From: a virus
IMG/VR virus record: IMGVR_UViG_3300037572_000374
Location: 1 to 64,000 of that record
Strand: one strand, 5' to 3'
Length of the DNA stretch: 64,000 nt
A program made the translations under genes and the position numbers. Positions 37,399 through 48,060 of the stretch are shown piece by piece. The notes under the pieces were generated by a model. That model was not told the DNA's origin and did not search any database. It worked only from the letters and a program-made list of their open reading frames with translations. Positions within the stretch are counted from its first letter, which is position 1. Each line of letters starts with the position of its first letter.

Positions 37399-40050
37399 AT
37401 GGCGAATAAAAAAATATTAACAGATTTAAATATTGGTGGTGACGTTCAAGCTAATTCATTTGTTAAAGATGATGGAATAAGTTCTCAATTCTTAAAAGCA
37501 GATGGTAGTGTAGATTCAACAAGTTATTCTACTTTCGATGGTGCTTACTCTAGTTTAACGGGAGCGCCAAGTATCCCAACAAACACTAGTTTTGTAGATT
37601 TAACCACTGCTCAAACAATAGCGGGAAATAAGACTTTTACGGACGATATATATTTTGATGTTTCAGACAACTCTATTGGAACAAATGCTGAGGACCTTTT
37701 ACATTTCAATGGTGATAGTGGAATTAGATTCGATACTGGTGATGGAATTTCTTTAGAGATGACGGATGCAGTAGTTTTTGGTGGTGCACCAGCAATGTCT
37801 ATTGGTAATGGAAATCTAGCTTTTGGAAATCTTAATGCAGATAGAACCTTTACTTTCCCAGACGCAAGTGGAACTATAGCTTTAACAAGTAACATTCCAA
37901 CAGATTTTGTATCAGGAAGTAATGGTGGAACTTTTGAGGATAATGTTACTTTTGAAGGTGATGTTAGATTGCATGAAGGTAGTAAAGTTATATTTGATAA
38001 CGATGGTGATTCTTTTGCTAATATATTTTACGATGTAGATGGTACTGGTAAAATGATTTACAACTCAGTAGATGAACACCACTTTAAAAATGGTGATGAT
38101 GGTCAATATGATAATGTTAAAGCAAATTCATTTGTTAAAGATGGTGGAACAAGTTCTCAATTCTTAAAAGCAGATGGAACTACGGATTCAAATACATACC
38201 TTACATCTAGTTCAACTCAAAGTAAATACTTAAGAAGTGATGCTGATGATACAACTACTGGTAGTATAACTGCTAAGAGATTTTATGTAGCTAATAATGA
38301 AAGTGCTAATAACTGGGGACTACAACTTAGAAATAATGCAGGTACAGCAGATAGTGGAATATATTTTAATGGTGATAGTTCAGAGCTTTATTTAAGAGAT
38401 AGCTCTAATGCTATTGGCGCAAGAATTAGAAGTAATTCTACTAGTTATTTCAATGGCGGTAACGTTGGTATAGGAACAGATAGCCCTAGCGAGAAGTTAG
38501 AAGTAGATGGAAATATAAAATTAACAGGAAGCCTTAATGTAGGCGGGGATATTTATCCAAACGATGAGTCTGGTAATTTATCTATTTATGGTGGTAATGA
38601 CAATACTAATGATGCTCAAATATTATTACATGGAAATAGTAATCTTTGGGGTTCTTTGGAATTCAACTATGGTTATGATGCTGTAAATAGCTTCTTAAAG
38701 GTTAGCCAAGGTGCTACTGAACACTTACGTGTAACGAATGGTGGTAAAGTAGGTATAGGGACAGATAGCCCATCGTCACAGTTTGATGTGATAGGTGGTA
38801 ATGATTATGAAACTATGTCTTTAGGTAAAAGTTTAACGGACAATGGAGTAAAGAGGTCTGGTATATCATTTAAACATTACGATACAGATGAACAAAATGT
38901 AGCTATGATTAATAGTTATATAGATTCTGGAATAAGTTATGTTTCTATTGGTGGTAGTGCCGCAGCTTTAAACTCTGTTGAGGTTGTTAGATTTTACACA
39001 TCCTCTAACACGACTACTCTTAGTGGTACTGAGAGGATGAGAATTCAAAACAATGGTAGAGTAGGTATTGGTACAAATGCACCAACTCAAATGCTTCATG
39101 TAGATGGAAACATTCTAGCTAATGAAGATGTGTTTTGTGATAATGTAGGAGTTGGTTCAACTGACGTAACATCCAATTTTAATTCATTTACAGTAGTTAA
39201 ATTGAAAAGTGCTGGTAACAATGAGTTGATATTAGACCATACTGATGGTGGTGCTGGTTCCGACCTTGGATTAATTTCATTTGAAAGGAATGGAGACCAT
39301 TTGGCTCACATAAGAGCAGCTCATCAAACAGCTACAGATGATGCTTTAATATCTTTTCACACTCAATCAACTGGTGGAAGTTTTAGTAACGCAGCTTCTA
39401 ATGAGAGGATGAGAATTGATTCTACTGGAAACGTTGGAATAGGGGAAGATGACCCTTCATTTAAACTAGATATAGTTAGTGGGTCTAACAATGGTATTAA
39501 GATTTCTCAACAATCTAGTACAAACACTTGGAATGGTTTAGGAATGTTGAGCTATGTTTCTGAGGCGCAGGCAAATGCCTTGGCAGATTCTAGTTATATA
39601 TTTACAACAAACCCAAGTTCACAAACAGAAACAGCATTTTCTAAATTTGGTGGATTAGTTATTCAAGGAAGAGACGATGGAAACTCTAGTTTTGCTATTA
39701 GATTAGGAAGTGGAAGTGGACACTCTACACGTATGTTTATGAGCGCAACTGGTGTTACAACCTTTAGTAATACAGTTACTGCAACAAACTTTATATTATC
39801 TTCGGATAGTAGACTTAAGGAAAATGTTGAAAAGGTTGACAACAAATCTATTGACGTAGATTGGAAGACTTTTGAAATGAAATCTGACAAGGGTCAAAAG
39901 AGATATGGAGTAATAGCTCAAGAGTTAGAAGAGGCTCATCCAGAGTTTGTGAGAACAGATGATGAAGGAATGAAGTCTGTAGCTTATATAGACTTACTAA
40001 TTGCTAAGATAGCTGAATTAGAAGCTAGATTAAAAAAAGCTGGTATATAA
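37399..40050 (+). CDS. Tail fibre/spike with C-terminal S74 intramolecular chaperone
   Basis: GNVGIGT repeats; SSDSRLKENV cleavage motif, GVIAQE, terminal coiled coil. Confidence 0.9.
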   Translation: MANKKILTDLNIGGDVQANSFVKDDGISSQFLKADGSVDSTSYSTFDGAYSSLTGAPSIPTNTSFVDLTTAQTIAGNKTFTDDIYFDVSDNSIGTNAEDLLHFNGDSGIRFDTGDGISLEMTDAVVFGGAPAMSIGNGNLAFGNLNADRTFTFPDASGTIALTSNIPTDFVSGSNGGTFEDNVTFEGDVRLHEGSKVIFDNDGDSFANIFYDVDGTGKMIYNSVDEHHFKNGDDGQYDNVKANSFVKDGGTSSQFLKADGTTDSNTYLTSSSTQSKYLRSDADDTTTGSITAKRFYVANNESANNWGLQLRNNAGTADSGIYFNGDSSELYLRDSSNAIGARIRSNSTSYFNGGNVGIGTDSPSEKLEVDGNIKLTGSLNVGGDIYPNDESGNLSIYGGNDNTNDAQILLHGNSNLWGSLEFNYGYDAVNSFLKVSQGATEHLRVTNGGKVGIGTDSPSSQFDVIGGNDYETMSLGKSLTDNGVKRSGISFKHYDTDEQNVAMINSYIDSGISYVSIGGSAAALNSVEVVRFYTSSNTTTLSGTERMRIQNNGRVGIGTNAPTQMLHVDGNILANEDVFCDNVGVGSTDVTSNFNSFTVVKLKSAGNNELILDHTDGGAGSDLGLISFERNGDHLAHIRAAHQTATDDALISFHTQSTGGSFSNAASNERMRIDSTGNVGIGEDDPSFKLDIVSGSNNGIKISQQSSTNTWNGLGMLSYVSEAQANALADSSYIFTTNPSSQTETAFSKFGGLVIQGRDDGNSSFAIRLGSGSGHSTRMFMSATGVTTFSNTVTATNFILSSDSRLKENVEKVDNKSIDVDWKTFEMKSDKGQKRYGVIAQELEEAHPEFVRTDDEGMKSVAYIDLLIAKIAELEARLKKAGI

Positions 40051-40592
40051 TGGCAGTACCAGATACAACTACTTTTTCACTACAAGACGTAGTGAGTGAG
40101 ATTAATCCAACGACGGATGATTTGTTAGATTGTGTTTCAGATGCATCTTCTGGAAGCTATGATGGAACGTATTATACTAATCCAGCAACTAGCTTATTAG
40201 AATTTAGAAATTATGGAGCAAGTGCTGCGACAATAGTGGTAGCTGTTTCTGGAAATAATTTCTTAGTAAATGGAGCTACGGCTTTTCAAGGATTTCAAAT
40301 AGAGTTTGAGTTTGTAAGTCAAACAGACAATCTTGATTTTGGTGGTACACCAGCAGTAGTAAAGAAGGGTGGAAGTACCGTTTCCGTAGGAGCTACCGAT
40401 ACTATAAACACAGTTGGTGGTCCAGGCAATTTGTGGAATGCTGACCCTGGAGCTGGTAGTCCATTTACCGTTACTTTACCTCTTGGTGGTCAATCTACAA
40501 TAGTTTGGGGAGTTAAAATTAATTCAACAACAGTAGACACTTTTCCAACTGGACAAGTAACTATGACAAGAGTGTATCAAGGTATAGATTAA
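40050..40592 (+). CDS. Small virion/fibre-associated protein
   Basis: MAVPDTTTFSLQDV N-terminus; coupled to the S74 fibre gene. Confidence 0.55.
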   Translation: MAVPDTTTFSLQDVVSEINPTTDDLLDCVSDASSGSYDGTYYTNPATSLLEFRNYGASAATIVVAVSGNNFLVNGATAFQGFQIEFEFVSQTDNLDFGGTPAVVKKGGSTVSVGATDTINTVGGPGNLWNADPGAGSPFTVTLPLGGQSTIVWGVKINSTTVDTFPTGQVTMTRVYQGID

Positions 40593-40684
40593 CAAACAAC
40601 AAAAAATAATAAATCTATATAACTCCTCTCTTAATTGAGGGGAGTATATATAATGACAAGCCGATAACAACTAACAATACAACA

Positions 40685-41374
40685 ATGAACGAGAAAAGCA
40701 TATTTTCCATTTTGGAAACAATTGAAAATCCTTATTTAATTACATTGATCTTTCTCATCATCTCGCTTGCGGTGATATATAAAGAAGCAATTATTAAGAA
40801 TGTAATAGGTAAGTTTTTCAAAAAGAAAAAACCAGTACAAAAGATTCAAGATCTACTTCTGCATGATGTATTTGCTACATTAGAAAGAGCTACACATGAA
40901 GTTAAGATAATGAAATTTTATACGAACAAAAAGTACGACAAAGTTAAGTCTAAGATGTGTTATGATTTTACAAAAAGCAAATCAAGGACTTGTGCTATGC
41001 ATATGAAAAATCTTGCAAGATATCCTAAAATGGAGACAATGTCTAATGCAGAGTTGAAAAACTTTATTATAGATGCTCAAAACAAGATGCATAAGGATTA
41101 TGTAGATAACACCAGAAATCTTTGGTTAGCGAAAGGAATATTGGAAGAAGATGTTGATCATGTGATACATCTATTTGAGACATTTAGATACGATGTAGTA
41201 AACTCTTTTGAACATAGAATAGAATCTATCTTTGGAAGTAGTTTTCATTCAACAAATTTTGACAAGACTTTAGCTGTTTTTAATATGTGGGCAATGGGAA
41301 TAGATTTACTACCTAGAGATATGCAAATAACTTTTGAAGGATTAAATGGTAAATTTAAGAACATCAAGTACTGA
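40685..41374 (+). CDS. N-terminally membrane-anchored protein, possible lysis regulator
   Basis: Single TM helix; directly upstream of the endolysin. Confidence 0.45.
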   Translation: MNEKSIFSILETIENPYLITLIFLIISLAVIYKEAIIKNVIGKFFKKKKPVQKIQDLLLHDVFATLERATHEVKIMKFYTNKKYDKVKSKMCYDFTKSKSRTCAMHMKNLARYPKMETMSNAELKNFIIDAQNKMHKDYVDNTRNLWLAKGILEEDVDHVIHLFETFRYDVVNSFEHRIESIFGSSFHSTNFDKTLAVFNMWAMGIDLLPRDMQITFEGLNGKFKNIKY

Positions 41375-41394
41375 TTAACTAAAAACAAAAAATT

Positions 41395-41814
41395 ATGGAA
41401 TTCAAATTAAGTAGAAACTCAAAGAAGAATATTAAAGATATTGACAAACGATTAATCAAGTTAGTGAATAGAGTACTTAAAAAATCAGAAATTGATTTTG
41501 GCATACCAAGCAATGGAGGAATGAGAACTGCACAACAGCAGAACAACTTATTTCATCAAAGACCTAAGGTGACACAAATAGATGGATTTAAAAGAACCTC
41601 ATATCATCAAACGGGAAAGGCTTTTGATATATTTGTTTATGACGAACATGGTGCATGTTGGGATTGTAAAGAAAAATATGTTTCATTAAGTATTTTATTT
41701 AAGGAAGAATTTGCAATAATGCAAAACGAATGTATCTTTGAAGAAGAAGAAGAATTACAATGGGGTGGTGATTGGATTAGATTTAAGGATCTTCCACACT
41801 TCCAACTTGTTTAA
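41395..41814 (+). CDS. Endolysin, M15 family L-Ala-D-Glu peptidase
   Basis: GMRTAQQQ, SYHQTGKAFD, WGGDW...DLPHFQ. Confidence 0.92.
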   Translation: MEFKLSRNSKKNIKDIDKRLIKLVNRVLKKSEIDFGIPSNGGMRTAQQQNNLFHQRPKVTQIDGFKRTSYHQTGKAFDIFVYDEHGACWDCKEKYVSLSILFKEEFAIMQNECIFEEEEELQWGGDWIRFKDLPHFQLV

Positions 41815-41837
41815 TACAAGTAAAATAAATAATAAAT

Positions 41838-41877
41838 AAACTAGCAACTCAAGTACAAGAGCTGCTAGTTTTTTTTA
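41838..41877 (+). terminator. Intrinsic terminator
   Basis: AACTAGCAACTC/GAGCTGCTAGTT followed by a T-run. Confidence 0.75.
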
Positions 41878-42302
41878 TTTTTTGTAAAAAATTTCGTTTT
41901 AATGTTGCTTCGTATATTTTAAAAGGAGTATCTTTACCAAAAATTAATATTATGAACATTATAGAATTAAAATTTGCAATTGAATTAACAAAGAAGATTG
42001 AGTCAAATGAAGTAACTTGTTTACAGGATGCTTTTGACTTTGGAAAAGGAAAGTCTTTGATCAATAGAAAATTTGTTAATCAAGTTTATACATTAAATCA
42101 AAAATAAACACCTCTAAGAGGTTTAAATAATTAAAACGATATATTATGATAGAAGTAGTTAAACATGCCTTAGGACTTTGTGGAGAGCATTATCATCCTA
42201 ACTTATGGACTCTTTTGATTGGAGGATTTGGAATAGGAACAACTATTAAGTTTGCAATATCATATTGTAGATGTAAAATAAAGAGTATCTTTAACGAAAA
42301 AA

Positions 42303-42806
42303 ATGAACTGTAAAAATTGTAACACAGAAAAGAATATAGTTAATAAACACTTTGGCTTATGTCAAGAGTGTAATAACGAACGATTACATGGATCTAAATA
42401 TGGTAAGACATATACTATGTCCAAGAAAGAAATTAAACCTCTTAGAAGTCGTAAGAATAAGGCAAAGAAGAGTTTATTTAGTAACGTAGAAGCTACACCT
42501 AAAAAGAATATAAAGAGATTAGCTGAAGATGAAGCATTTTATCAAGAGTGTTTCGATCTATCTAATCACAAATGTGAGGAGTGTGGAGTACAATTACCTA
42601 CAGAATTTAGAAATGATGAAGGAAAGGTAAATGCAAGATGGAGATATAGTCATATAGTAGCTAAAAGCATAGCACCAGAGTTAAGACACGATACAAATAA
42701 TATCAATCATTTATGTCTTAAACATCATACACAATGGGATCATGGTGATAAGAAAAGTATGAAGATATATGATGGCAACAAAGGCCGTTTATCAAGGTAC
42801 TTTTAG
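42303..42806 (+). CDS. Zn-binding HNH/NinG-like endonuclease
   Basis: CxxC pairs; SHIVAKS...NINHLCLKHH. Confidence 0.7.
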   Translation: MNCKNCNTEKNIVNKHFGLCQECNNERLHGSKYGKTYTMSKKEIKPLRSRKNKAKKSLFSNVEATPKKNIKRLAEDEAFYQECFDLSNHKCEECGVQLPTEFRNDEGKVNARWRYSHIVAKSIAPELRHDTNNINHLCLKHHTQWDHGDKKSMKIYDGNKGRLSRYF

Positions 42807-42838
42807 GTCAATAGCTTATTGAGTATCAGAGGATTAGC

Positions 42839-42858
42839 TAACCTTCATATAATAGAAG
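42839..42858 (+). promoter_or_regulatory. 20-bp motif copy 4, heading the DNA metabolism region
   Basis: Exact copy; flanks are also nearly identical to copy 1. Confidence 0.7.
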
Positions 42859-42922
42859 ACAAAGTAGTTTTGAAACAACGGTTATTTGAAAAGAAATTAA
42901 TAATAAATAAAGTAAATATAAT

Positions 42923-43810
42923 ATGCAATCACCTTATAAGAAAGTAATAGTCTATGATTTAGAGACTGGTGGATTAAAACACGATCATAATGCAGTAACA
43001 GAAATTGCTATGGTTGTAATTGATTTAGAAACTTTAAAGATAGAAGATAAGTTTTCATGTATCATAAAGCCAACCTTTGACTTAGAGAACCTAGAAGTAG
43101 ATTCTACAAAAGAAGCTAGAGCAATTTTCAAGTTAGTAGCTGAGAAGGATCCAGAAACAAAAGTAGCTTCTATAATGTATGGAGGGAAGAGGTTAACAAT
43201 TAAGGATCTTGAGTCAGTAGAAGCTGGTATACAAGAGATGGAGATGTTAATTGAAAGAAAGGGTACTCAGTTTGATTCAAAGCAAGTAGCTTTGTTAGAG
43301 AGTAGTGAGAAATATGGAAACATAGCTAAGTTATATTTTGATAAAACTTATAATCCACAAGCAATGAGTGTAACTCATATGTCAAAGGAGATGTTAATTA
43401 ATGAAGGAATTGAACAAGATGAAGCAATTGATCTTATTACAGCTTTCATTGAGAAGTATACAATAGGAAATGCTAAGCCAATACTTGCAGGACACAATAT
43501 AAAGAAGTTTGACAATCCATTCTTAGAGAAATTGTTAAGAAGAAAGGGTCATGACATTTATAAGTTGACAAATGACACTCAAATGATTGATACATTAGAG
43601 TGGGCTAGATTAAGATGGTTTGAATTACCAAGTTATTCTTTAGGAGTTTGTGCTAATGCATCAGGATTAACATTAAAAGAAGCTCATCGTGCAGAAAGTG
43701 ACACAATGGCCAATGCAGAATTCTTAATTGTAATGCTAAAAGGATTGAGATCTAATGGATCTAACTCTGAAGAAAAGTACGAACGTAGGAAGTTTAAATT
43801 TAATTTTTGA
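42923..43810 (+). CDS. dnaQ: DEDDh 3'-5' exonuclease (Pol III epsilon-like) with an internal insertion
   Basis: YDLETGG, GHNIKKFD, AHRAESD. Confidence 0.88.
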   Translation: MQSPYKKVIVYDLETGGLKHDHNAVTEIAMVVIDLETLKIEDKFSCIIKPTFDLENLEVDSTKEARAIFKLVAEKDPETKVASIMYGGKRLTIKDLESVEAGIQEMEMLIERKGTQFDSKQVALLESSEKYGNIAKLYFDKTYNPQAMSVTHMSKEMLINEGIEQDEAIDLITAFIEKYTIGNAKPILAGHNIKKFDNPFLEKLLRRKGHDIYKLTNDTQMIDTLEWARLRWFELPSYSLGVCANASGLTLKEAHRAESDTMANAEFLIVMLKGLRSNGSNSEEKYERRKFKFNF

Positions 43811-43890
43811 TATGAGAGACTATAAAAATAATTAAAATAATTGTTGCTTCGTATGTTTGTTTAACAGTATCTTTGTGGAAAGAAATAATT

Positions 43891-44449
43891 ATGACAGCAA
43901 TTTATCAAAATAAAGCGACAAAAGAAACTTACAAATTAGGAGGAGTGAGTGGAATCGAACAAGCATGGAATATGGCAAACTTTGTTTGCAATAGAAACAA
44001 TTGGAATATCGAAATGTTTCATACAGACGTAAGAGTATCTATAAAACAAGAAACAATTTAAAAAACAAAATTATGATAGCAACAATTTTAATAGTATTTA
44101 TGATGACATTAAGAATAGGTATTCACCTTGCAAAGCATGGAGAGGAAATGGATACAAAGTTTAATTTCCCTCAACAAGTTTTATTTTTCTTATTATGGAT
44201 GGGGATGTTTTATGCAGCGGGTTTATTCGATAAATTTATTTAATTATGACAGCAAAAGAAAAAGCAAAAGAGTTAGTAGATATGTTTTGTTGGCATCAAA
44301 GCGATGACTATCCAAATAGTGATGAAGATTATCACGCCAAACAATGTGCATTAATTTGTGTAGATGAGATATTAGATGCAGTTACTACTATAGCAGATAA
44401 GAAATTTGAATTTTATACAGAAGTTAAACAAGAAATAAATAAATTATGA
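43891..44449 (+). other. Three short ORFs (43891-44061, 44073-44243 membrane, 44246-44449 MTAKEKAKEL family)
   Basis: After the promoter at 43843. Confidence 0.65.
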
Positions 44450-44503
44450 AAAACATTTTAGGAACACAGGAAATTTTAAATTAATCAAATAAAACAATAA
44501 ATT

Positions 44504-44974
44504 ATGAGTAACGCAAAGTTTACTTCATCAAAAGTATTTGATGGATTCAGTACAGTATTCAGACAACATTCAGCTGGAGATACACACTGTAGATTCTTAC
44601 ATGGATATGGTATATCTTTCAAAGTATATTTTGAAGGAGAATTAGATCATAGAAATTGGGTATGGGATTTTGGAGGAATGAAAAGAGCCAAAACCAAGAT
44701 TGATGGAATGTCAGCTAAGCAGTGGATGGACTATATGTTCGACCACACACTTGTTATGGCAATAGATGATCCAGCTTTAGAAGACTTTAAAAAGTTAGAT
44801 GATAAAGGACTTGTTCAATTAAGAATAATTCCAGCTACTGGAGCAGAGAAATTTGCAGAGTTCATTTACAATAAGTTAAATGACTTTGTAATTACAGAAA
44901 CAGAAGGAAGAGTTCGTGTAACTAAAGTTGACTTTAGAGAGCATGCTAAGAACGAAGCTTCGTTTGGAGAGTAA
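44504..44974 (+). CDS. queD: 6-carboxy-5,6,7,8-tetrahydropterin synthase
   Basis: CRFLHGY, WVWDFGG, FDH and GAE motifs. Confidence 0.9.
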   Translation: MSNAKFTSSKVFDGFSTVFRQHSAGDTHCRFLHGYGISFKVYFEGELDHRNWVWDFGGMKRAKTKIDGMSAKQWMDYMFDHTLVMAIDDPALEDFKKLDDKGLVQLRIIPATGAEKFAEFIYNKLNDFVITETEGRVRVTKVDFREHAKNEASFGE

Positions 44975-44999
44975 ATAACGTAAAATAAATTATAGTATT

Positions 45000-45854
45000 A
45001 TGAGTGAATTTAAAAAAGTGAATCTATCTAAGTTGATAGTTGCTGACAGAAAAGAGCCTAAAGCTCCTGAAGTAAAACAATTGAAGAGGATTAAAGATAA
45101 AGATAAAACTTTACCAATTGCTGAGATTTATACTGCAGTACAGTCAGAAGGAAGTAGAGCAGGAATGCCTACAGTAGTAATTAGAACGACTGGATGTACA
45201 CATAGATGTTATTTCGGTGAAGGAGGATGGTGTGATTCTTGGTACACAAGTATTCATCCAGACAAGGGAAGTTATAGTTTCAATGATATCATAAAAGCAT
45301 ATGATGATAATCCACATATATCAGAAATGATGTTGACTGGAGGAAGTCCATCAATGCATAGTGCATTAGTAAATGAACTAACACACTTTGCAAATGAACG
45401 CAACATTGTAATTACAATGGAAACAGAAGGTTCTCACTTCTTAGCAACTGATTATCCAATAGGATTATTAAGTATCAGTCCTAAGTTTAGTAATTCAGTA
45501 CCAGTTTTAGGTGTAGAAACTCCTTTAGGTGCAATTACAGATGAGAGAATGATTAAGCAACACAATAAGTTGAGAATTAACACTCCAGCAATATTAGCTT
45601 CAATCGATTATCATACAGACTATCACATTAAACCAGTATGGGGTGGAAGTAATTATGAAGACTTGAAAGAGATTACTGACTATTTAGAAGAGTTAGGAGT
45701 TGAAGAGAGTAAAGTATACTTTATGCCAGCAGGAGATTCAAGAGAGTCATTACAAGTTTCATATCCTTTAGTATTTGATTGGGTAAGAGATAATGGATAC
45801 AGAATGACTTGGAGACCTCACATCATTGCATTTGAAGACCAAAGGGAAGTATAA
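45000..45854 (+). CDS. queE: 7-carboxy-7-deazaguanine synthase (radical SAM)
   Basis: QSEG, RTTGCTHRC...WCDS, LTGGSP, ETEG, SISPK. Confidence 0.92.
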   Translation: MSEFKKVNLSKLIVADRKEPKAPEVKQLKRIKDKDKTLPIAEIYTAVQSEGSRAGMPTVVIRTTGCTHRCYFGEGGWCDSWYTSIHPDKGSYSFNDIIKAYDDNPHISEMMLTGGSPSMHSALVNELTHFANERNIVITMETEGSHFLATDYPIGLLSISPKFSNSVPVLGVETPLGAITDERMIKQHNKLRINTPAILASIDYHTDYHIKPVWGGSNYEDLKEITDYLEELGVEESKVYFMPAGDSRESLQVSYPLVFDWVRDNGYRMTWRPHIIAFEDQREV

Positions 45855-46357
45855 TGAATATGAAATTAATATATGGATCAGATACAGGAAAGACTGAAGA
45901 GGTATGTGAAATTGTCGAGAGAGAATTTGATCGTATTGATGAAGTAGTTGAAGTGTCTGAGATGGAAGGAGATGATTGGACTAGTCATGATTTTTATATG
46001 ATTGGTCTTTCAACTTGGTACGATGGAGACTTAGTATCGGCTTGGGAAGATTACTTTGATGAATTTAAAACAAAAGATTTTAGAAATAAGACGTTTTGTT
46101 TATTTGGATTAGGAGATCAAGAGGGCTATGGAGAATATTTTATAGATGGAGTAGGAATGTTGGCTGAGGTTATTGTTGAGAATGGTGGAACAATTATTGG
46201 TAATTGGAGTACTGAAGGATATGATTACGAACAGAGCAAGGCTGAAATAAATAAAGAAATGTTTTATGGATTGGCTTTAGATGAAGACAATCAAGACGAA
46301 CTATCTGAAGAGAGAATTTCTCAATGGATTATTCAACTACAAAAAGAATTAGAATAA
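45854..46357 (+). CDS. fldA: Long-chain flavodoxin
   Basis: YGSDTGKTE, STWYDGD, FGLGDQEGY, GLALDEDNQ. Confidence 0.93.
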   Translation: MNMKLIYGSDTGKTEEVCEIVEREFDRIDEVVEVSEMEGDDWTSHDFYMIGLSTWYDGDLVSAWEDYFDEFKTKDFRNKTFCLFGLGDQEGYGEYFIDGVGMLAEVIVENGGTIIGNWSTEGYDYEQSKAEINKEMFYGLALDEDNQDELSEERISQWIIQLQKELE

Positions 46358-46430
46358 AGCGAGAGATAAAGTTGCTAGATTGAAATAATTTAGTATCTTT
46401 ATCAAAATTATAAACTAAAAACGTAAAATT

Positions 46431-47138
46431 ATGAGTAACAAAACATTCGTAGATAACTTAGAGCTAGCTGAGGCTGGTCATGCTAATGGTATATCTACAC
46501 AATTAGAAATTGCAAGACAGACGTTTGGTCCTGAGGCTGAATTAACTGTAGAGCAAAAACAAGTGATCATCGACAATGCTGCAAAAGCATATGGAGATTT
46601 CTTAACTGCTCTTGGAGTAGATTATAAGAATGATCCTAATTCAAATGACACTCCAAATAGAGTTGCAAAAGCATATGTGAACGACTTATGGGCAGGAAGA
46701 TATAATGCAATGAGTAAGATTACTGGATTTCCATCTGATGGATATGATGGTATTGTACAAGAGTCTCACATTCCAGTAGTGTCTATGTGTTCTCACCACC
46801 ACCAAGCAATTGGAGGTTCTGTAAGTATTGCTTACATTGCATCTCTTGATGGTAAAGTAGTTGGACTTTCTAAATTAAATAGAATAGTTGAATTGTTTGG
46901 AAGAAGAGGTGCTATTCAAGAACAACTTACAGTTGCAATACATAATGCAGTAGATAAGATTTGTGAAGGTAATCAAGGAGTAGCTGTTAATATTTCTGCA
47001 ACACACAACTGTGTATCTTGTAGAGGAGTTAAACATCAGGGAGCTTCAATGCAAACTGCAAAGTTATCTGGATTCTTTAAGGATGATCCAGCAGCTAGAA
47101 ACGAATTTTATACTAACATTTCATTAAGCGCTAAATAA
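46431..47138 (+). CDS. folE: GTP cyclohydrolase I
   Basis: TPNRVAKA, SMCSHHH, GLSKLNR, IQEQLT, HNCVSCRG. Confidence 0.95.
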   Translation: MSNKTFVDNLELAEAGHANGISTQLEIARQTFGPEAELTVEQKQVIIDNAAKAYGDFLTALGVDYKNDPNSNDTPNRVAKAYVNDLWAGRYNAMSKITGFPSDGYDGIVQESHIPVVSMCSHHHQAIGGSVSIAYIASLDGKVVGLSKLNRIVELFGRRGAIQEQLTVAIHNAVDKICEGNQGVAVNISATHNCVSCRGVKHQGASMQTAKLSGFFKDDPAARNEFYTNISLSAK

Positions 47139-47705
47139 ATGAACTTAAATCAATACCAAAAGCAAGCCATAACGACTAAGATATATGCTGATGAAGCTGC
47201 TCTTAGTTATTTGGCCCTTGGTTTGGGAGGGGAGTCTTCTGAACTATTCGAAAAGATAAAAGAAAGTAGAAAGGAGATCACTACTTTAGAAGGTGATAAA
47301 TTACAATTACTTGCAAAAGAGATTGGTGATGTATATTGGTACTTGGCTGGATTGGCTCAAGAGACTGATCAGAAATTAGGTGATATCTATTTTGATTACT
47401 CTAAAGATTTGCCAGTAGATAGTAAATTTGATAATGTAGTTGACATGCTAGTTGTTGAAACTGGAGCAGTATTGGAAGTATTCAAGAAGGCTTTGAGAGA
47501 TGATTACACACTATTTGTTGATAAGAAATTAGTACCAGGTAAATTTATGAAGATGAATGTAGCGATTGCTAATTTGTTAACCATATGTGAATACCTAGCT
47601 AACTTCTTTGGAGTAGAAGTAAGTACAATCTTACAGCAAAATGTAGATAAGTTAGCATCAAGAGCTAAAAGAGGAACTTTAAGTGGATCAGGAGATGTTA
47701 GATAA
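47139..47705 (+). CDS. MazG-like (d)NTP pyrophosphohydrolase, tandem domain
   Basis: LGLGGESSE, KEIGDVYWY, NVDKLASRAKRG..SGSGD. Confidence 0.85.
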   Translation: MNLNQYQKQAITTKIYADEAALSYLALGLGGESSELFEKIKESRKEITTLEGDKLQLLAKEIGDVYWYLAGLAQETDQKLGDIYFDYSKDLPVDSKFDNVVDMLVVETGAVLEVFKKALRDDYTLFVDKKLVPGKFMKMNVAIANLLTICEYLANFFGVEVSTILQQNVDKLASRAKRGTLSGSGDVR

Positions 47706-48060
47706 GGTAATTAAAACAATAGGTGTGAAGACTTCGGTAGAAGGGTTTCATGCATTCGCTAAAGCAGTTGAAATGTTTGGACAAGATGTAGATTTTCTTG
47801 CAGTAAGACATAGACATAATTTTGGTGTAGAGATGGAGATTATTGTGAATCACAATGACAGAGATCAAGAGTTTATTCTTGTTCAGAGAAGAGTGCAAAA
47901 GTATTTATATGACAAATATGGTTTTCCAGCTGAGTTTGGAAACTTGAGTTGTGAAGCTATTGCTGAAGAATTAATGAATAAGTTTAATGCAATTGTTGTA
48001 AAGGTAGATGAAGATGGAGAAAACTTTGCAAGAATTAGAAAACAAAATTATTGTTCATGA
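47695..48060 (+). CDS. dpdL: QueD-like T-fold paralogue, probable CDG decarboxylase (DpdL-like)
   Basis: LAVRHRHNF fits the LxxxHRHxF pattern recalled for DpdL; SCE motif; in a cluster lacking queC. Confidence 0.65.
   Translation: MLDKVIKTIGVKTSVEGFHAFAKAVEMFGQDVDFLAVRHRHNFGVEMEIIVNHNDRDQEFILVQRRVQKYLYDKYGFPAEFGNLSCEAIAEELMNKFNAIVVKVDEDGENFARIRKQNYCS

Noticed and set aside
34239-40592. Diversity-generating retroelement or invertible tail-fibre shufflon
   Set aside because: No reverse transcriptase or invertase, and no adenine-specific TR/VR pair was noticed.
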